Below, in pieces: positions 46,560 to 56,977 of a stretch of DNA of 64,000 nucleotides. Position 1 is the stretch's first letter; each line of letters begins with the position of its first letter. The notes beneath the pieces are model-generated. The model saw only the letters and a list, made by a program, of their open reading frames with translations. It had not been told where the DNA came from and searched no databases. Source of the DNA: Chloroflexota bacterium (GTDB taxonomy: Bacteria; Chloroflexota; UBA11872; VXOZ01); NCBI GenBank assembly GCA_965220175.1, contig OZ244814.1, positions 300,992-364,991 on the forward strand. Direction: 5' to 3'. The translations under genes were made by a program, and so were the position numbers.

Positions 46560-47219
46560 ATGAATAGTACACCGGCACTCGATCTCCGTCTCTACGTCGT
46601 GCTCGATCCGGCAGTGGCCGGTGGGCGCTCCGTGGTGGAAATCGCCGAACAAGCCATTGCCGGCGGCGCGACGATGCTTCAACTGCGCGACAAGCGCTCT
46701 CCCGACCGTGAGGTCTTTGACGCAGCCACCGCCATTGCCAGGCTCTGCCGGACGGCGAGCGTACCCTTCATAGTGAACGATCGCGTGGATATTGCCTGGG
46801 CGTCCGGCGCGAACGGTGTGCACCTGGGGCATGATGACCTGCCGCCTGAAGTCGCGCGCAGGCTGCTGGGCAATGACGCCACCATCGGCATGTCGGCAGG
46901 CAATCCCGCTGAGCTTGCTGCGGCGTTGCCCGCGCAACCCGATTATCTCGGCGTCGGCCCGATGTACGCGACAAGCACCAAGAGCGATGCCGGCGCGCCG
47001 GTCGGCCCCGCCATGGTCCGCACGCTGCGGAATGCCGCTCCCGCCACCCCTCTCGTCGGCATTGGCGGCATTACGGCCGCAAACGCGGCAGCGGTGCTGG
47101 CAGCGGGGGCTGACGGCATTGCCGTGGTCTCCGCCGTGGTGGCCGCGCCGGACGTGGCAGCCGCCACCCGCGCACTGCGCCGCCTGCAGGACAAATCTCC
47201 CCGCGCGGGCACCGATTGA
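46560..47219 (+). CDS. thiE: thiamine-phosphate synthase
   Basis: LYVVLDP, MLQLRDK, VPFIVNDRVDIA and GVHLGHDDL blocks characteristic of ThiE. Confidence 0.8.
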   Translation: MNSTPALDLRLYVVLDPAVAGGRSVVEIAEQAIAGGATMLQLRDKRSPDREVFDAATAIARLCRTASVPFIVNDRVDIAWASGANGVHLGHDDLPPEVARRLLGNDATIGMSAGNPAELAAALPAQPDYLGVGPMYATSTKSDAGAPVGPAMVRTLRNAAPATPLVGIGGITAANAAAVLAAGADGIAVVSAVVAAPDVAAATRALRRLQDKSPRAGTD

Positions 47220-47397
47220 ACCTAGGTGCTGCCTCCAATAGCTCGGCTCACGATGCGACCCTGCGCTTCGTTCTCGCAGCCTGCTTGTTTCCCTCTCGGC
47301 CCGTCGTATATGCTCGTAACTGAAGGAGCGTTCGCACGTTCCCCGGCATTGAGACTCTTTTCCCAGGCTATATCAGCGACGGCGCTAAGCGGCTTAC

Positions 47398-49362
47398 ATG
47401 GCAGAATTTCAGCAGAAACACTATGACGCAATTGTGGTCGGCGCGGGTCACGCGGGCTGCGAGGCTGCCTTGGCGGCGGCGCGCATGGGTTGCGCGACGC
47501 TGGTCGTAACGGGTGACCGCGACCGCATCGCCTTTATGCCCTGCAATCCCTCGATCGGCGGCCCAGCCAAGGGACATCTCGTACGCGAGATCGATGCCCT
47601 AGGCGGCGAAATGGGCAAGAACACCGACCGCACTTTGATACAGATTCGCTTGCTCAACAGCAGCAAGGGCCCCGCGGTACAGGCGCTGCGCGCCCAGTCC
47701 GATAAACACCTCTACGCCCAGGCCATGCGGCAGGTCTTGGAGAGTGAAGCGAACATCGCCATTCATGACGGCCTGGTAGAAGACCTGCTCACGAGCGAAG
47801 GCGCCGGCAAGCGCCGGCGTGTTACCGGTGTACAGACCAAGGCAGGGCGCACGTTTCACGCGCAGACCGTGGTCTTGACTACCGGCACCTTTTTGCAGGG
47901 CATGCTGATAACGGGAGAGAAGCGCATCGGCGGCGGGCGCGCGGGTGAAGCGCCCGCGCAGGGCCTATCCCATGCCCTGCGACGCCTCGGCTTTCGGCTG
48001 CGCCGCCTCAAGACCGGCACCCCGCCGCGCGTGCTGGCGGAGAGCATTGACTTCGCGCTGACCACACCGCAGCCCGGTTCCCCACAGCCCCTGCAGTTCT
48101 CCTTTACTCCTTTGCGAGCGGAAGAAATCCGGCGCGACGAACCGGACCCGGTCTATCCCTTTCAAGTTGAAACGCCCTGGCGCCGGCAGATGGTCTGCTA
48201 TCTGGTGCACACCAATCCGGCGACTCACGACGTGATTCGCGAGAACCTCCACCGCGCGCCCATGTTCAACGGCGCTATCAGTGGTGTGGGGCCCCGCTAC
48301 TGTCCCTCCATCGAAGACAAGATCGTGCGCTTTGCGCACAAGGACTCCCACCAGCTCTTTCTGGAACCGGAAGGGTTCACCACGCATGAGGTGTATGTGC
48401 AGGGCGCGAACACGAGCTTGCCTGAAGATGTGCAAGCGGACATGCTGCGCACCGTTCCCGCCCTCCTGCATGCAGAAATCGCCCGCCATGGCTACGCGGT
48501 GGAGTATGATCACGTCGTTACGGACCAAACCAACGTCACGTTGGAAGCCAAAGCGGTCAAAGGCCTCTTCTTTGCGGGACAAATCAACGGCACGTCCGGC
48601 TATGAAGAGGCGGCGGCACAGGGCCTGATCGCCGGCATCAATGCCGCTCGCCGCGTGCAAGGCAAACCGGCTATCGTGCTGGGACGCGATCAGGCGTACA
48701 TCGGCGTGATGCTGGATGACCTCGTGAGCCAAGAACACCGGGAACCGTACCGCCTCTTCACGTCCCGCGCCGAGTATCGACTACTGCTGCGCCACGACAA
48801 CGCCGACCTTCGCCTGACACCTCTCGGCTATGAAATCGGCCTCATTGGCGCGGCACACTACGCACGGGTCGCAGCGAAGCGTGAGCACATTACGCGTGCG
48901 ATGGAGCGTCTCCGCAGCTACTCGATATCGCCCTCGCCTCAGGTGAACGCTACGTTGACGGCGGCAGGCGTACAACCGCTTCGCAGCCAGACCAAGGCCC
49001 TGAGTCTCCTGCAACGCCCGCACGCGCGGTACCAGGATGTAGCCGCACTCATGGGCGAACGAGTAGATGAACTTGACGGTGATACTGTCGCTCAGATCGA
49101 ACTGGAGGCGCGCTATGCGGGGTACGTGGAACGGCAACAGTCGCAGGTGCGCAAGATGGCCCGCATGGAGGCCATGGAACTTCCGCAGGCATTCGACTAC
49201 GAGCAACTTCCCTCCCTGCGGGTGGAAGCGCGCCAGAAGCTCATGCAGTTCCAGCCGCGCACCATCGGGCAGGCCGCCCGGATCGCCGGCGTCACGCCGG
49301 CAGACATTGCCGTACTCATGGTGCACGTCCACCGCAGAACGGAAGAAGCAACGGCACGGTGA
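47398..49362 (+). CDS. mnmG: tRNA uridine-5-carboxymethylaminomethyl modification enzyme MnmG (GidA)
   Basis: YDAIVVGAGHAGCEAALAAARMG FAD motif and full-length GidA layout (654 aa). Confidence 0.9.
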   Translation: MAEFQQKHYDAIVVGAGHAGCEAALAAARMGCATLVVTGDRDRIAFMPCNPSIGGPAKGHLVREIDALGGEMGKNTDRTLIQIRLLNSSKGPAVQALRAQSDKHLYAQAMRQVLESEANIAIHDGLVEDLLTSEGAGKRRRVTGVQTKAGRTFHAQTVVLTTGTFLQGMLITGEKRIGGGRAGEAPAQGLSHALRRLGFRLRRLKTGTPPRVLAESIDFALTTPQPGSPQPLQFSFTPLRAEEIRRDEPDPVYPFQVETPWRRQMVCYLVHTNPATHDVIRENLHRAPMFNGAISGVGPRYCPSIEDKIVRFAHKDSHQLFLEPEGFTTHEVYVQGANTSLPEDVQADMLRTVPALLHAEIARHGYAVEYDHVVTDQTNVTLEAKAVKGLFFAGQINGTSGYEEAAAQGLIAGINAARRVQGKPAIVLGRDQAYIGVMLDDLVSQEHREPYRLFTSRAEYRLLLRHDNADLRLTPLGYEIGLIGAAHYARVAAKREHITRAMERLRSYSISPSPQVNATLTAAGVQPLRSQTKALSLLQRPHARYQDVAALMGERVDELDGDTVAQIELEARYAGYVERQQSQVRKMARMEAMELPQAFDYEQLPSLRVEARQKLMQFQPRTIGQAARIAGVTPADIAVLMVHVHRRTEEATAR

Positions 49363-51095
49363 GTGGTTAGCCAACCAAACGCGAACGCCGCCCGGCTCTT
49401 CTCAGCGGTATGTGCCGTCGCAGGATGCAGCAGTGCCCCCGCGCTTAAGAAGAGAATAGCGCGAGCACGCGCTCGCGCTTCACATCTTGCGTCGTGTCTG
49501 GGTCAAGATCTGCGAACGCCTCAGGAAGAAGAGTTTTCCCGATATTGGCAAACTCAGCCGGGACGTACAGCCCGGCTGAAACCGCAATGCAACGGGGATT
49601 CACCGCAGGTATGCAGTCTCGCTGCATTTCGCGCAGCAGGTGCCTTGAGCATCACCTGCACAGTCAGCAACGGTGCTCAATTGTATGCCGCTACCATGGA
49701 ATGGCAATGGCTGTGACTGTAGTATTGCAGGCGTGCGGCTGAGGAATCTTAGTGGAAACAGGGCTATTCCACTAGTGCCGGCGACGCAAGCGAGAGCCGC
49801 CTACAGTACCCGCATCAGCCTGGAACTCGGCACAGAAAACAGAGTATTCACTGCTGTACAATTCTCCTTATGCCACGATGCCACTTTACGGCAATGACCG
49901 TACCGCAAAGGTTTAGTTTCTGGTTGCGGTTTCCTAGTTAACCACACTGCCTTTCCACGTGTCAACCGCCCATTCCTGCCGGTCAGGAGCCCACTTCTTG
50001 CGTTACCATCCAACCGGAATCCGATCGTTCCTGGGCCCTTTTTCAGGCTATTTGACCGGTGTAATTCCGCCTCCCACTCATGCTATGACTCTGCCAAGTC
50101 GCTGCCGGGAAGACAGATTCCGTCTGGAAATCCGTGTGGGAGCGCGGGCGGCTACCTGCGTGATCTCCCCATCAAGTCGAGAGGTAATGGGCCCTAGACT
50201 CCGTGCTATCCCTCCTCAGTTCTGTGCTGCCATTGACCGCTGGCGGTCACACCACGCCGCAGCACTTATCCAATTCCGGTGGGCTTTTCCCAAATTTGAC
50301 TACCAAGTAAACCACAGTGCCTTTGAACGTGTCAAACGCGACCGGAACTACCTCACTCCGCTCCCGGCAACGGATTCTGCATACGGCGATATACCGCAAC
50401 CTGCCCACGGCTATCCTTGGGTAACGCCCGCCAATGGCGCTGAACAGAGCGGGTGCGGAACTCCGGCGCACGCTTCAAACCACCGCCCGGCACCCGCAGC
50501 AAGAGTTCCTGGCTTGGCATCCACTGACCGTTACTTCGCTACAGAGGGACCCTCCCGTGCCTGCCCTTAGCCGCCGGCAGCTGCCCTTTGACCGCGTATT
50601 CGCGGCCATCATCTGCGTACCCGCAGCAGTCTTCTGCGTACCTGAAACACTCTACGACTGCGTGTCGCTTCCACCCTTGCAGCGACTGTTTTCTTGCAGC
50701 CAAGGCCACACCGAAACGCTTTGGCACTCAGCTACGGCCCCCAGTAAACCACACCTTTATACCAAGTGTCAAACACTCAAAGGGAGCTTGCCACGTACGT
50801 CTCCACAGAGACGGGTGACTGTGTACTTGTGGTATGGCGGCGTTACTCCTTGGGTTGCCGCGGAAGCATGCGCGCAGGCGCAGCAACGCGTAGCATAGGA
50901 ATGGCTGCTGCCTCCATCGGGTTCTGACACATCCTTGTCAATCCTAAGCCTAAGACTGCACCCAAGCCATTGAAAGCCTGCTGTTACGGACGTAACCAAG
51001 CAGCCCTATCGCCGGCATGGCCAGGCGCTTCGTGGAAAAAGGACGGTTGCCCCGGCATAGTTTGTGGCGCCGGGAGTCAATCTGCGTGGTGCCCT
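49363..51095. other. 1.7-kb noncoding region between convergent mnmG and ABC-2 permease genes, with three spaced copies of a ~30-bp motif
   Basis: No ORF with protein-like composition. Motif copies: TAACCACACTGCCTTTCCACGTGTCAACCGCC (49941..49972), TAAACCACAGTGCCTTTGAACGTGTCAAACGCG (50308..50340), TAAACCACACCTTTATACCAAGTGTCAAACACT (50746..50778). Copy 2 contains the palindrome TTTGA-N5-TCAAA. Confidence 0.45.
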
Positions 51096-52361
51096 CTAGG
51101 CGGCGTGGCGAATGGCCAGCCAGAGACCGCGGAGGCTCATGCGTTGGCCGTAGATGAGGATGCCGGCGCGGAAGACGCGGGCGGCAAGCCAGAGCATGGC
51201 GAGACCGCTGCCAAACGTCACGATCAGGCTCAGGGCAACTTCCCAGAACGCCACGTCCGTCACCCCTAGTCGTATCATCATGGTGGCGGGAGCAGTGAAG
51301 GGGATAAAAGTGAGTATCCGCGCAAACACACCGTTCGGTGCGAGCGAAATCAGCGCGGAGAGAACCAGCGGCGCCAGAGCGGGAAGCAATACGATGCTGG
51401 ACAGTGAAGACGCCTCCCGCGCGGACACCGTAGCCGCGCTAAGGCCCGCCATGACAACGGCAAAGACGAAGTAGCCTGCCAGGAAGAAGACAACAATCGC
51501 CGCCGCCAACCCCGGCGCCAGCGAGAGATCACCAATCTCCGGAAAGGCGCTCACGATGCGCGGCACCCCAATTGCCGCCGAAACCAGCCAGATGCCGACC
51601 TGCAGCAGTCCGGTAGCGCCCAATCCCAGCACCTTGCCGGTCATCAATCCCAGCGGCGATACCGACGTCAAGAGCACCTCAACGACGCGGTTTTCCTTCT
51701 CCTCCGAAACACTCTGCAGCAGGGCGCCGCTCACCATGTAGATAACCATGATCATGATCCACGCCGACAGGAACGGCACGGTGAAGAACGTGAGGACTTG
51801 CCCCTCTTCTTCGGCTGCTACCTCACCTTCGCGCGAGACTTCGAAACGCGTGAGATTCAGCGGGAAAAGGATGCGCTCAATGCGTTCGGCGGAAAGATCA
51901 GAGGCCGTCAGCGCCTGCAACACCAGAGCGCGCATGCGGTCTTCGCTCTCATCCCCCGCTATGAGGCTGCTCAAGCCGCTATCGGTATGCAGCCACTCGA
52001 TGCGGCCGGTCTGCAGGAAGTCTGCGGGAATAATGAAGAGATCGTCCGCAGCCCCATCCTGCAAGGCCGCCAGACCGGCCGCGCGATCTGCGAGAACCTG
52101 GAACGAGTCTGAGTCCGCAACGGCAAAGTTCAGCTCGGCAGACTCATTGACTACCGCTATCACTCTCCCGGTATCGGTCGCCCCGGCGCTCTCACCATCA
52201 TCTGCCAGAAATCCGCGCACCAGGGGTACCGCGAGCGCCAGCACAAGCAGAATGACGACCGGCGTAACGGTGATGATAAGGTATTGCTTGCGGCGGATCT
52301 GTCGCCGCACTTCCTCAGTTAAGACAATCCTGGTTTCTGACAAGAGTTTCTGCATGCGCAC
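51096..52361 (-). CDS. ABC-2 family transporter permease (paralog 2)
   Basis: N-terminal TM helix, large extracytoplasmic loop, then five C-terminal TM helices, typical of ABC-2 exporters. Paralogous to 52861..54135. Confidence 0.7.
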   Translation of the reverse strand: MRMQKLLSETRIVLTEEVRRQIRRKQYLIITVTPVVILLVLALAVPLVRGFLADDGESAGATDTGRVIAVVNESAELNFAVADSDSFQVLADRAAGLAALQDGAADDLFIIPADFLQTGRIEWLHTDSGLSSLIAGDESEDRMRALVLQALTASDLSAERIERILFPLNLTRFEVSREGEVAAEEEGQVLTFFTVPFLSAWIMIMVIYMVSGALLQSVSEEKENRVVEVLLTSVSPLGLMTGKVLGLGATGLLQVGIWLVSAAIGVPRIVSAFPEIGDLSLAPGLAAAIVVFFLAGYFVFAVVMAGLSAATVSAREASSLSSIVLLPALAPLVLSALISLAPNGVFARILTFIPFTAPATMMIRLGVTDVAFWEVALSLIVTFGSGLAMLWLAARVFRAGILIYGQRMSLRGLWLAIRHAA

Positions 52362-52539
52362 ATCAGTGAGTCGCTAGATTGGGAACTCCGTTCACTCTGC
52401 CTGCAAGCGACACTGCTCTTAATCTGAAAAGGAGGGACTGATCAATCGCAGTAATCGGCACACGTATTTGCTTGGAGTGCTCGCCATTCTTGGCGGGGAA
52501 CTTCGATGCACTCTCAACTACATGACAGATCGAGGCTAT

Positions 52540-52773
52540 CTATCGCGATAGCAACTCCAGAGCGGCGAGAATCGCCACGCCCGCCGCGACCATACCTCCC
52601 AGACGCAGCGTCAATCGCAACTCTAGCTCACGCAGTCGGGCATCTAAGTGATCTTTGGTCACCAACGCGCCAAAGCCTTCCTTTCCCACATCCAGCAGGG
52701 CTTGGGCTTGGCGCTCGGTAAACCCAGCTTCCACGAGCGTCGTAAATGCCTTGTGCGTGTCGAATACCGCCAT
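52540..52773 (-). CDS. DUF1640-like small coiled-coil / TM protein
   Basis: MAVFDTHKAFTTLVEAGFTERQAQAL... then a coiled-coil and a C-terminal hydrophobic helix. Sits between the two permease paralogs. Confidence 0.45.
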   Translation of the reverse strand: MAVFDTHKAFTTLVEAGFTERQAQALLDVGKEGFGALVTKDHLDARLRELELRLTLRLGGMVAAGVAILAALELLSR

Positions 52774-52860
52774 CGGTTTTGCCCCCTCGCTTCACGCGGG
52801 TTCATCCCGTCACTACGTATTGTACGGGATACCGGCCTTGCTATGTACTTCACCAGATGC

Positions 52861-54135
52861 TCACCCGCCATAACGCAGCGCCGCCCACGCTGCTCGCAGG
52901 CTCATCCGCTGGCCGTACAACAGCAGGCCGGCGCGAAATACGCGGCTTGCCAGCCAGAGCAAGAGTCCCGCCGTCGCTACCATCAAAAGGAGACTGAGCG
53001 CAATTTCGATTGGCGCAACGTGGCTGGACGCCAACCGCAGCATCATCGACGTGGCCGCTGTGATGGGGATAAACGAGAGTAGGCGTGTGAGCCAGTGGCC
53101 TGCGTCGGTAAGAAACAGCGGCATGGCATAGAAGGGCACCGCCAACGGAATGATGACCAGGGCGCTCAACGGCCCCGCCTCCGTGGTCGAGGTAGTTGCC
53201 GCGCCGATACCCGCCATGAGCGCCGCCGCTATGGCGTATCCGGCGAGATAGAATGCCAACACAAGACCTAAATAGCCAAAGTCCAGGGGAATGGCGCCGA
53301 TATCCGGGATTACGCCCGCAAAGCGGGGCACAATTATGATTACTGCAGTAATCCAGATTGACATCTGTATCAAGCCCGCCAGACCCAACGCCAGCACCTT
53401 GCCCGTCATGATGGCCAACGGTGAGGCAGAGGTGAGCAGCACCTCTACCATGCGGTTCTCTTTTTCCTCAGACACCGTCTGCAGCAGAATCGTGCCATAG
53501 GCAATCAACGTGAAGATAAGGGCAATGGCGAATGCTTGCCCCACTACGAATGAGACGGCTACGGCGGCACCGCTCTCCTCGGCTATCTCTCCATCCTCGG
53601 CTACCGTGAAGCCTTCGAACCGCGGCCGGGCCAGCGCCCGCACCCTGTGTTCAGGCGATTGTGTCTCCCCCAAGAGTTCATTCCTTAGAATGAGGCGCAG
53701 TTGCTGCCGGCCCTCGCCGTCGTCGTTGGAGAAGTAGTACTCAACTTGGCCGGTGGAAAGATAGTCCGGCAAAATTACGAAAAGTTCGTCGATTTCTCCC
53801 GACTTCAGGTCACTCACGCCCGCCGCCGAATCGGGGTACACCTGAAACTCGGGAAACTGGCTGAAGTCTACAGACACGTCCGTCGTCTGCATGACGACGC
53901 CAATAGGTTTTACGGCAGCAGACTGTTCAGACCTTGTGCCGGTCGTGCCGGCGGCGCTACCGGCGGCGGCATCCCCGCTATCATCCGTTAGCCCTCTAAT
54001 CAGCGGAATGGCGATCCAGATGAGGACAAGCAGGACCGGTATCGTCAGCGTGGCGATAAGGAAGCCCTTGCCGCCCACCTGTTTGCGAAACTCGTGCCCA
54101 AATACGATGCGGGTGCCTTCAAGCGCTGCGGGCAC
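52861..54135 (-). CDS. ABC-2 family transporter permease (paralog 1)
   Basis: Same architecture as 51096..52361. Its start overlaps the stop of the upstream ATPase gene. Confidence 0.7.
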   Translation of the reverse strand: MPAALEGTRIVFGHEFRKQVGGKGFLIATLTIPVLLVLIWIAIPLIRGLTDDSGDAAAGSAAGTTGTRSEQSAAVKPIGVVMQTTDVSVDFSQFPEFQVYPDSAAGVSDLKSGEIDELFVILPDYLSTGQVEYYFSNDDGEGRQQLRLILRNELLGETQSPEHRVRALARPRFEGFTVAEDGEIAEESGAAVAVSFVVGQAFAIALIFTLIAYGTILLQTVSEEKENRMVEVLLTSASPLAIMTGKVLALGLAGLIQMSIWITAVIIIVPRFAGVIPDIGAIPLDFGYLGLVLAFYLAGYAIAAALMAGIGAATTSTTEAGPLSALVIIPLAVPFYAMPLFLTDAGHWLTRLLSFIPITAATSMMLRLASSHVAPIEIALSLLLMVATAGLLLWLASRVFRAGLLLYGQRMSLRAAWAALRYGG

Positions 54136-55027
54136 GGCTCACCTCTTCGATGAACATGTCGCGCAGGGAGGGCAGGGCGACTTCAAACCGTTCTACCGGG
54201 ATGCCGCTATCGAGGAATGACCGCAGCACGACATTCGCGTCGGCCCCCTCGCTGAGAAGGAACTCGAATTGCCCGTTCTCGGCCTTGGTAGTGCTCACGC
54301 CGGGCACGTCCGCCGGCTGCCGGGGCGCGGACACCCGGATGTTCTGGATACCCCGCGCGCGCTTCAGTTCGTCCAGAGCGCCGTAGAGCAACACGTTGCC
54401 GCCGCTGACGAGCACGACGCGTTCGCACATCTCCTCCACGTCTTCCATGTTGTGCGAACTGAAGATGATGGCGGCGCCGCGCTGTTGTTGCTCGACGATG
54501 ATGTCTTTCATCACCTGCACATTGAGAGGGTCGAGCCCGGAGAACGGTTCGTCGAGAATGACAAGATCGGGCTGGTGCAGGAGCGCGCTGGCAAATTGCG
54601 CAAGCTGGTTCATGCCGCGCGAGAGCGCTTGCACTTTCTTGGCACGGTGCTCGTACAAGCCGACTCGTTCCAGCATGGCGTCGGTGCGTGCTTGCGCGTC
54701 TTTGCTGCTCAAACCCTTGAGCCGCCCCAGGTAGCGCAGCACGTCGCTCACGACCGCTTTTTGGTAGAGCCCGCGTTCCTCGGGCAGGTAGCCGACACGC
54801 TGCAGGGCTTGACGCGTCGGCGGGCCGCCAAACAGCGCCACCGAACCGGCATCCGGATGGATGATGTCCAGCGCCATGCGGATGGTGGTGGTCTTGCCGG
54901 CCCCGTTGGGACCCACCAGCCCCAGAATCTCCTGGGGCTCCAACGTGAACGAGACGCCGTCAACGACCGTGTTGCGGCCAAAGATCTTCTTGACACCGTC
55001 AACGGTCAATGCACCGGCCACGAGCAT
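54119..55027 (-). CDS. ABC transporter ATP-binding protein
   Basis: Walker A GPNGAGKTTT, Q-loop, signature LSRGMNQ, Walker B LVILDEPFSGLD. Confidence 0.85.
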   Translation of the reverse strand: MLVAGALTVDGVKKIFGRNTVVDGVSFTLEPQEILGLVGPNGAGKTTTIRMALDIIHPDAGSVALFGGPPTRQALQRVGYLPEERGLYQKAVVSDVLRYLGRLKGLSSKDAQARTDAMLERVGLYEHRAKKVQALSRGMNQLAQFASALLHQPDLVILDEPFSGLDPLNVQVMKDIIVEQQQRGAAIIFSSHNMEDVEEMCERVVLVSGGNVLLYGALDELKRARGIQNIRVSAPRQPADVPGVSTTKAENGQFEFLLSEGADANVVLRSFLDSGIPVERFEVALPSLRDMFIEEVSRARSA

Positions 55028-55334
55028 GGCTCCTATTGCAACAGTTCAGGCGGCACACCTGGAGTGCTCCATCGCGCCGCGCGACAATAGCGCCCATTAA
55101 CAGTTTAACACTTGAGAAGGTTCTGGTGACAAGAGTCACCAGAAATCAAGCAAGGGCTGTTACAGTGCTCTGTGGGATGGCCCGCCGGTGGTACCCTGAG
55201 TAACCACTTTCGCAGTCTTGCATTGCGCCGCTGCGGGCGCAAAGGAAGTGCTGGGGCCAGGACTCGCGGAGCAGCGGCGACTTGCGCAACGCCGGCCGGC
55301 TGGGACAGGGAGGGATGCGACCGGCAGTTCCGGC

Positions 55335-55997
55335 CTACTCTTCGCTCTCTTCCTCCGAGGCGGCCTCTTCGCCTTCTTCGCCTTCGCCTTCCTCGCCCTC
55401 CAGTTCCTCGTCCTCTTCCGGCGTCTCTTCCTCGATCACGCGCGGCCGCTCTGCCCGGACCAGGAGTTCGTCGGCTTCGGCCTGGATGGTAACCTCTGCC
55501 GGTGCAGCCAAATCACCGACGTGCAAGGCATCGTCTATGTCCAGGAGCGGGGTGACGTCTACTTCGAAACTCTCCGGTATGTCATCCGGCAAGGCCGAGA
55601 CCTCAATCTCATTGATATGCTGGATTATGATGGCGCCTTGCTCCACTGCCGGCGAATCGCCAACGACGTAGACCGGCACCATGGCATTCACAGGCTTTGT
55701 CAAGTCTACTTGCAAAAAGCTGACGTGCAGCACCCGGCTCGTCGGGGGATCGTGCTGGACTTCCTGCACGAGCACCGGCAACGAATCCGCGCCGTTGACC
55801 GCCAGGTCAATCACACCGGTGCTACCGGCACGCTGATGCACCGCAATGAACTCAAGCCCGTTCAGCGTAAGCGGGATCGGCTTCATGTCGAGCCCGTAGA
55901 CGTTCCCCGGCACCATGCCGTCGCGCCGGAGCCGCTTCACTTTCTTGCCAAGGGCCTCGCGCCTGTCTGCGTGTAACTGTTCGTGTTTTCTGGCCAT
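55335..55997 (-). CDS. rplY: 50S ribosomal protein L25 / general stress protein Ctc, with acidic C-terminal tail
   Basis: RLRRDGMVPGNVYG and VHQRAGSTGVIDL L25 blocks. C-terminal EEEGEGEEGEE tail. Confidence 0.8.
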   Translation of the reverse strand: MARKHEQLHADRREALGKKVKRLRRDGMVPGNVYGLDMKPIPLTLNGLEFIAVHQRAGSTGVIDLAVNGADSLPVLVQEVQHDPPTSRVLHVSFLQVDLTKPVNAMVPVYVVGDSPAVEQGAIIIQHINEIEVSALPDDIPESFEVDVTPLLDIDDALHVGDLAAPAEVTIQAEADELLVRAERPRVIEEETPEEDEELEGEEGEGEEGEEAASEEESEE

Positions 55998-56461
55998 GCG
56001 CCCGTCAATCTCCTGCGTCGCCCACCGGCCTCTCGCCAGTTGTCGTCTGCTGCGATACGTAAATAAAGGCACGCTCTTTGTCGCGCCCGACCTGCGGCCG
56101 GATAGCGTGCCACCTACCTACTTTACACGCTTGTCAGACGCACGCCAAGTGCAAATAGCCGATCTCCCATGCATGCAGCAGTAAGTAGAGAGCGAAGCCC
56201 GTGCACTGCTACCGCGCACTGGCGCCGCCTCGCGCCGCTCCGGACTGCATACCAGGCAAGACGAATTCGCTACAATAGGGAGGTGCAGCCCGGCCGGCGA
56301 GCCCGCAATCCCCAGATAGAGGGATGCCTGAAGCGAGCACGGCGTCAAGCTGGCGCGGGCACGATGGGAGCGAGTGCGACTCGCGAGCAAGCGCCGGTCG
56401 AGACGGCTTGAGAGTCTCATTGGCTGTGGCGCCTCCCAGAGTCATCAATAGAAGGTGAGCC

Positions 56462-56977
56462 GTGGACGACTCAGAACGGACTATACGACCTCTCGTTGGC
56501 GTCATCATGGGCTCCAAGTCCGACTGGGAGACCATGCGCCATGCGGCGGAAACGCTGGAACAACTGGGCGTACCGCATGAGGTGCGGGTTGTCTCCGCGC
56601 ACCGGACTCCCGATCAAATGTTTGCCTACGCCGAGACGGCGGCAGAGCGGGGCATCGAGGTCATCATTGCCGGCGCGGGAGGCGCGGCGCATCTGCCCGG
56701 CATGACGGCGGCGAAAACCAGCCTGCCCGTGCTCGGCGTGCCGGTACAGTCGCGCGCCCTCAACGGCATGGATTCCCTCCTCTCCATCGCGCAGATGCCC
56801 GCAGGGGTGCCGGTAGGCACGTTGGCCATCGGTCGGGCCGGAGCGGTCAACGCGGCGCTGCTGGCTGCTGCGATGCTGGGCAACAAGCACCCGCAATTCC
56901 GTGCGGCCTATGAAAGATATCGCGAGCAACAGACCGGCGACGTGCTCGCTCACCCCAATCCGAGAGATGCCGAATGA
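56462..56977 (+). CDS. purE: N5-carboxyaminoimidazole ribonucleotide mutase
   Basis: [14 protein letters not shown] and [13 protein letters not shown] blocks. Confidence 0.9.
   Translation: MDDSERTIRPLVGVIMGSKSDWETMRHAAETLEQLGVPHEVRVVSAHRTPDQMFAYAETAAERGIEVIIAGAGGAAHLPGMTAAKTSLPVLGVPVQSRALNGMDSLLSIAQMPAGVPVGTLAIGRAGAVNAALLAAAMLGNKHPQFRAAYERYREQQTGDVLAHPNPRDAE

Noticed and set aside
46250-46560. TPP riboswitch upstream of thiE.
   Set aside because: Expected because thiE is commonly riboswitch-controlled. I could not find the conserved CUGAGA and ACCUGAUCUGGAUAAUGCCAGCG elements in the ~300-nt leader, so it is not called. It would need a covariance-model scan to exclude.
49959-50898. ORFs 49959..50570 (203 aa) and 50434..50898 (154 aa) in the long noncoding region.
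   Set aside because: Non-protein-like composition (Pro/Arg/Ala/Ser-rich, no motifs). They overlap each other in different frames. The region is treated as noncoding.
49363-51095. oriC with canonical DnaA boxes next to mnmG and parA.
   Set aside because: No TTATCCACA/TGTGGATAA matches found by eye. Only TAAACCACA-like strings are present, and the region lies between convergent genes without dnaA. It is kept as a finding to check but not called as an origin.
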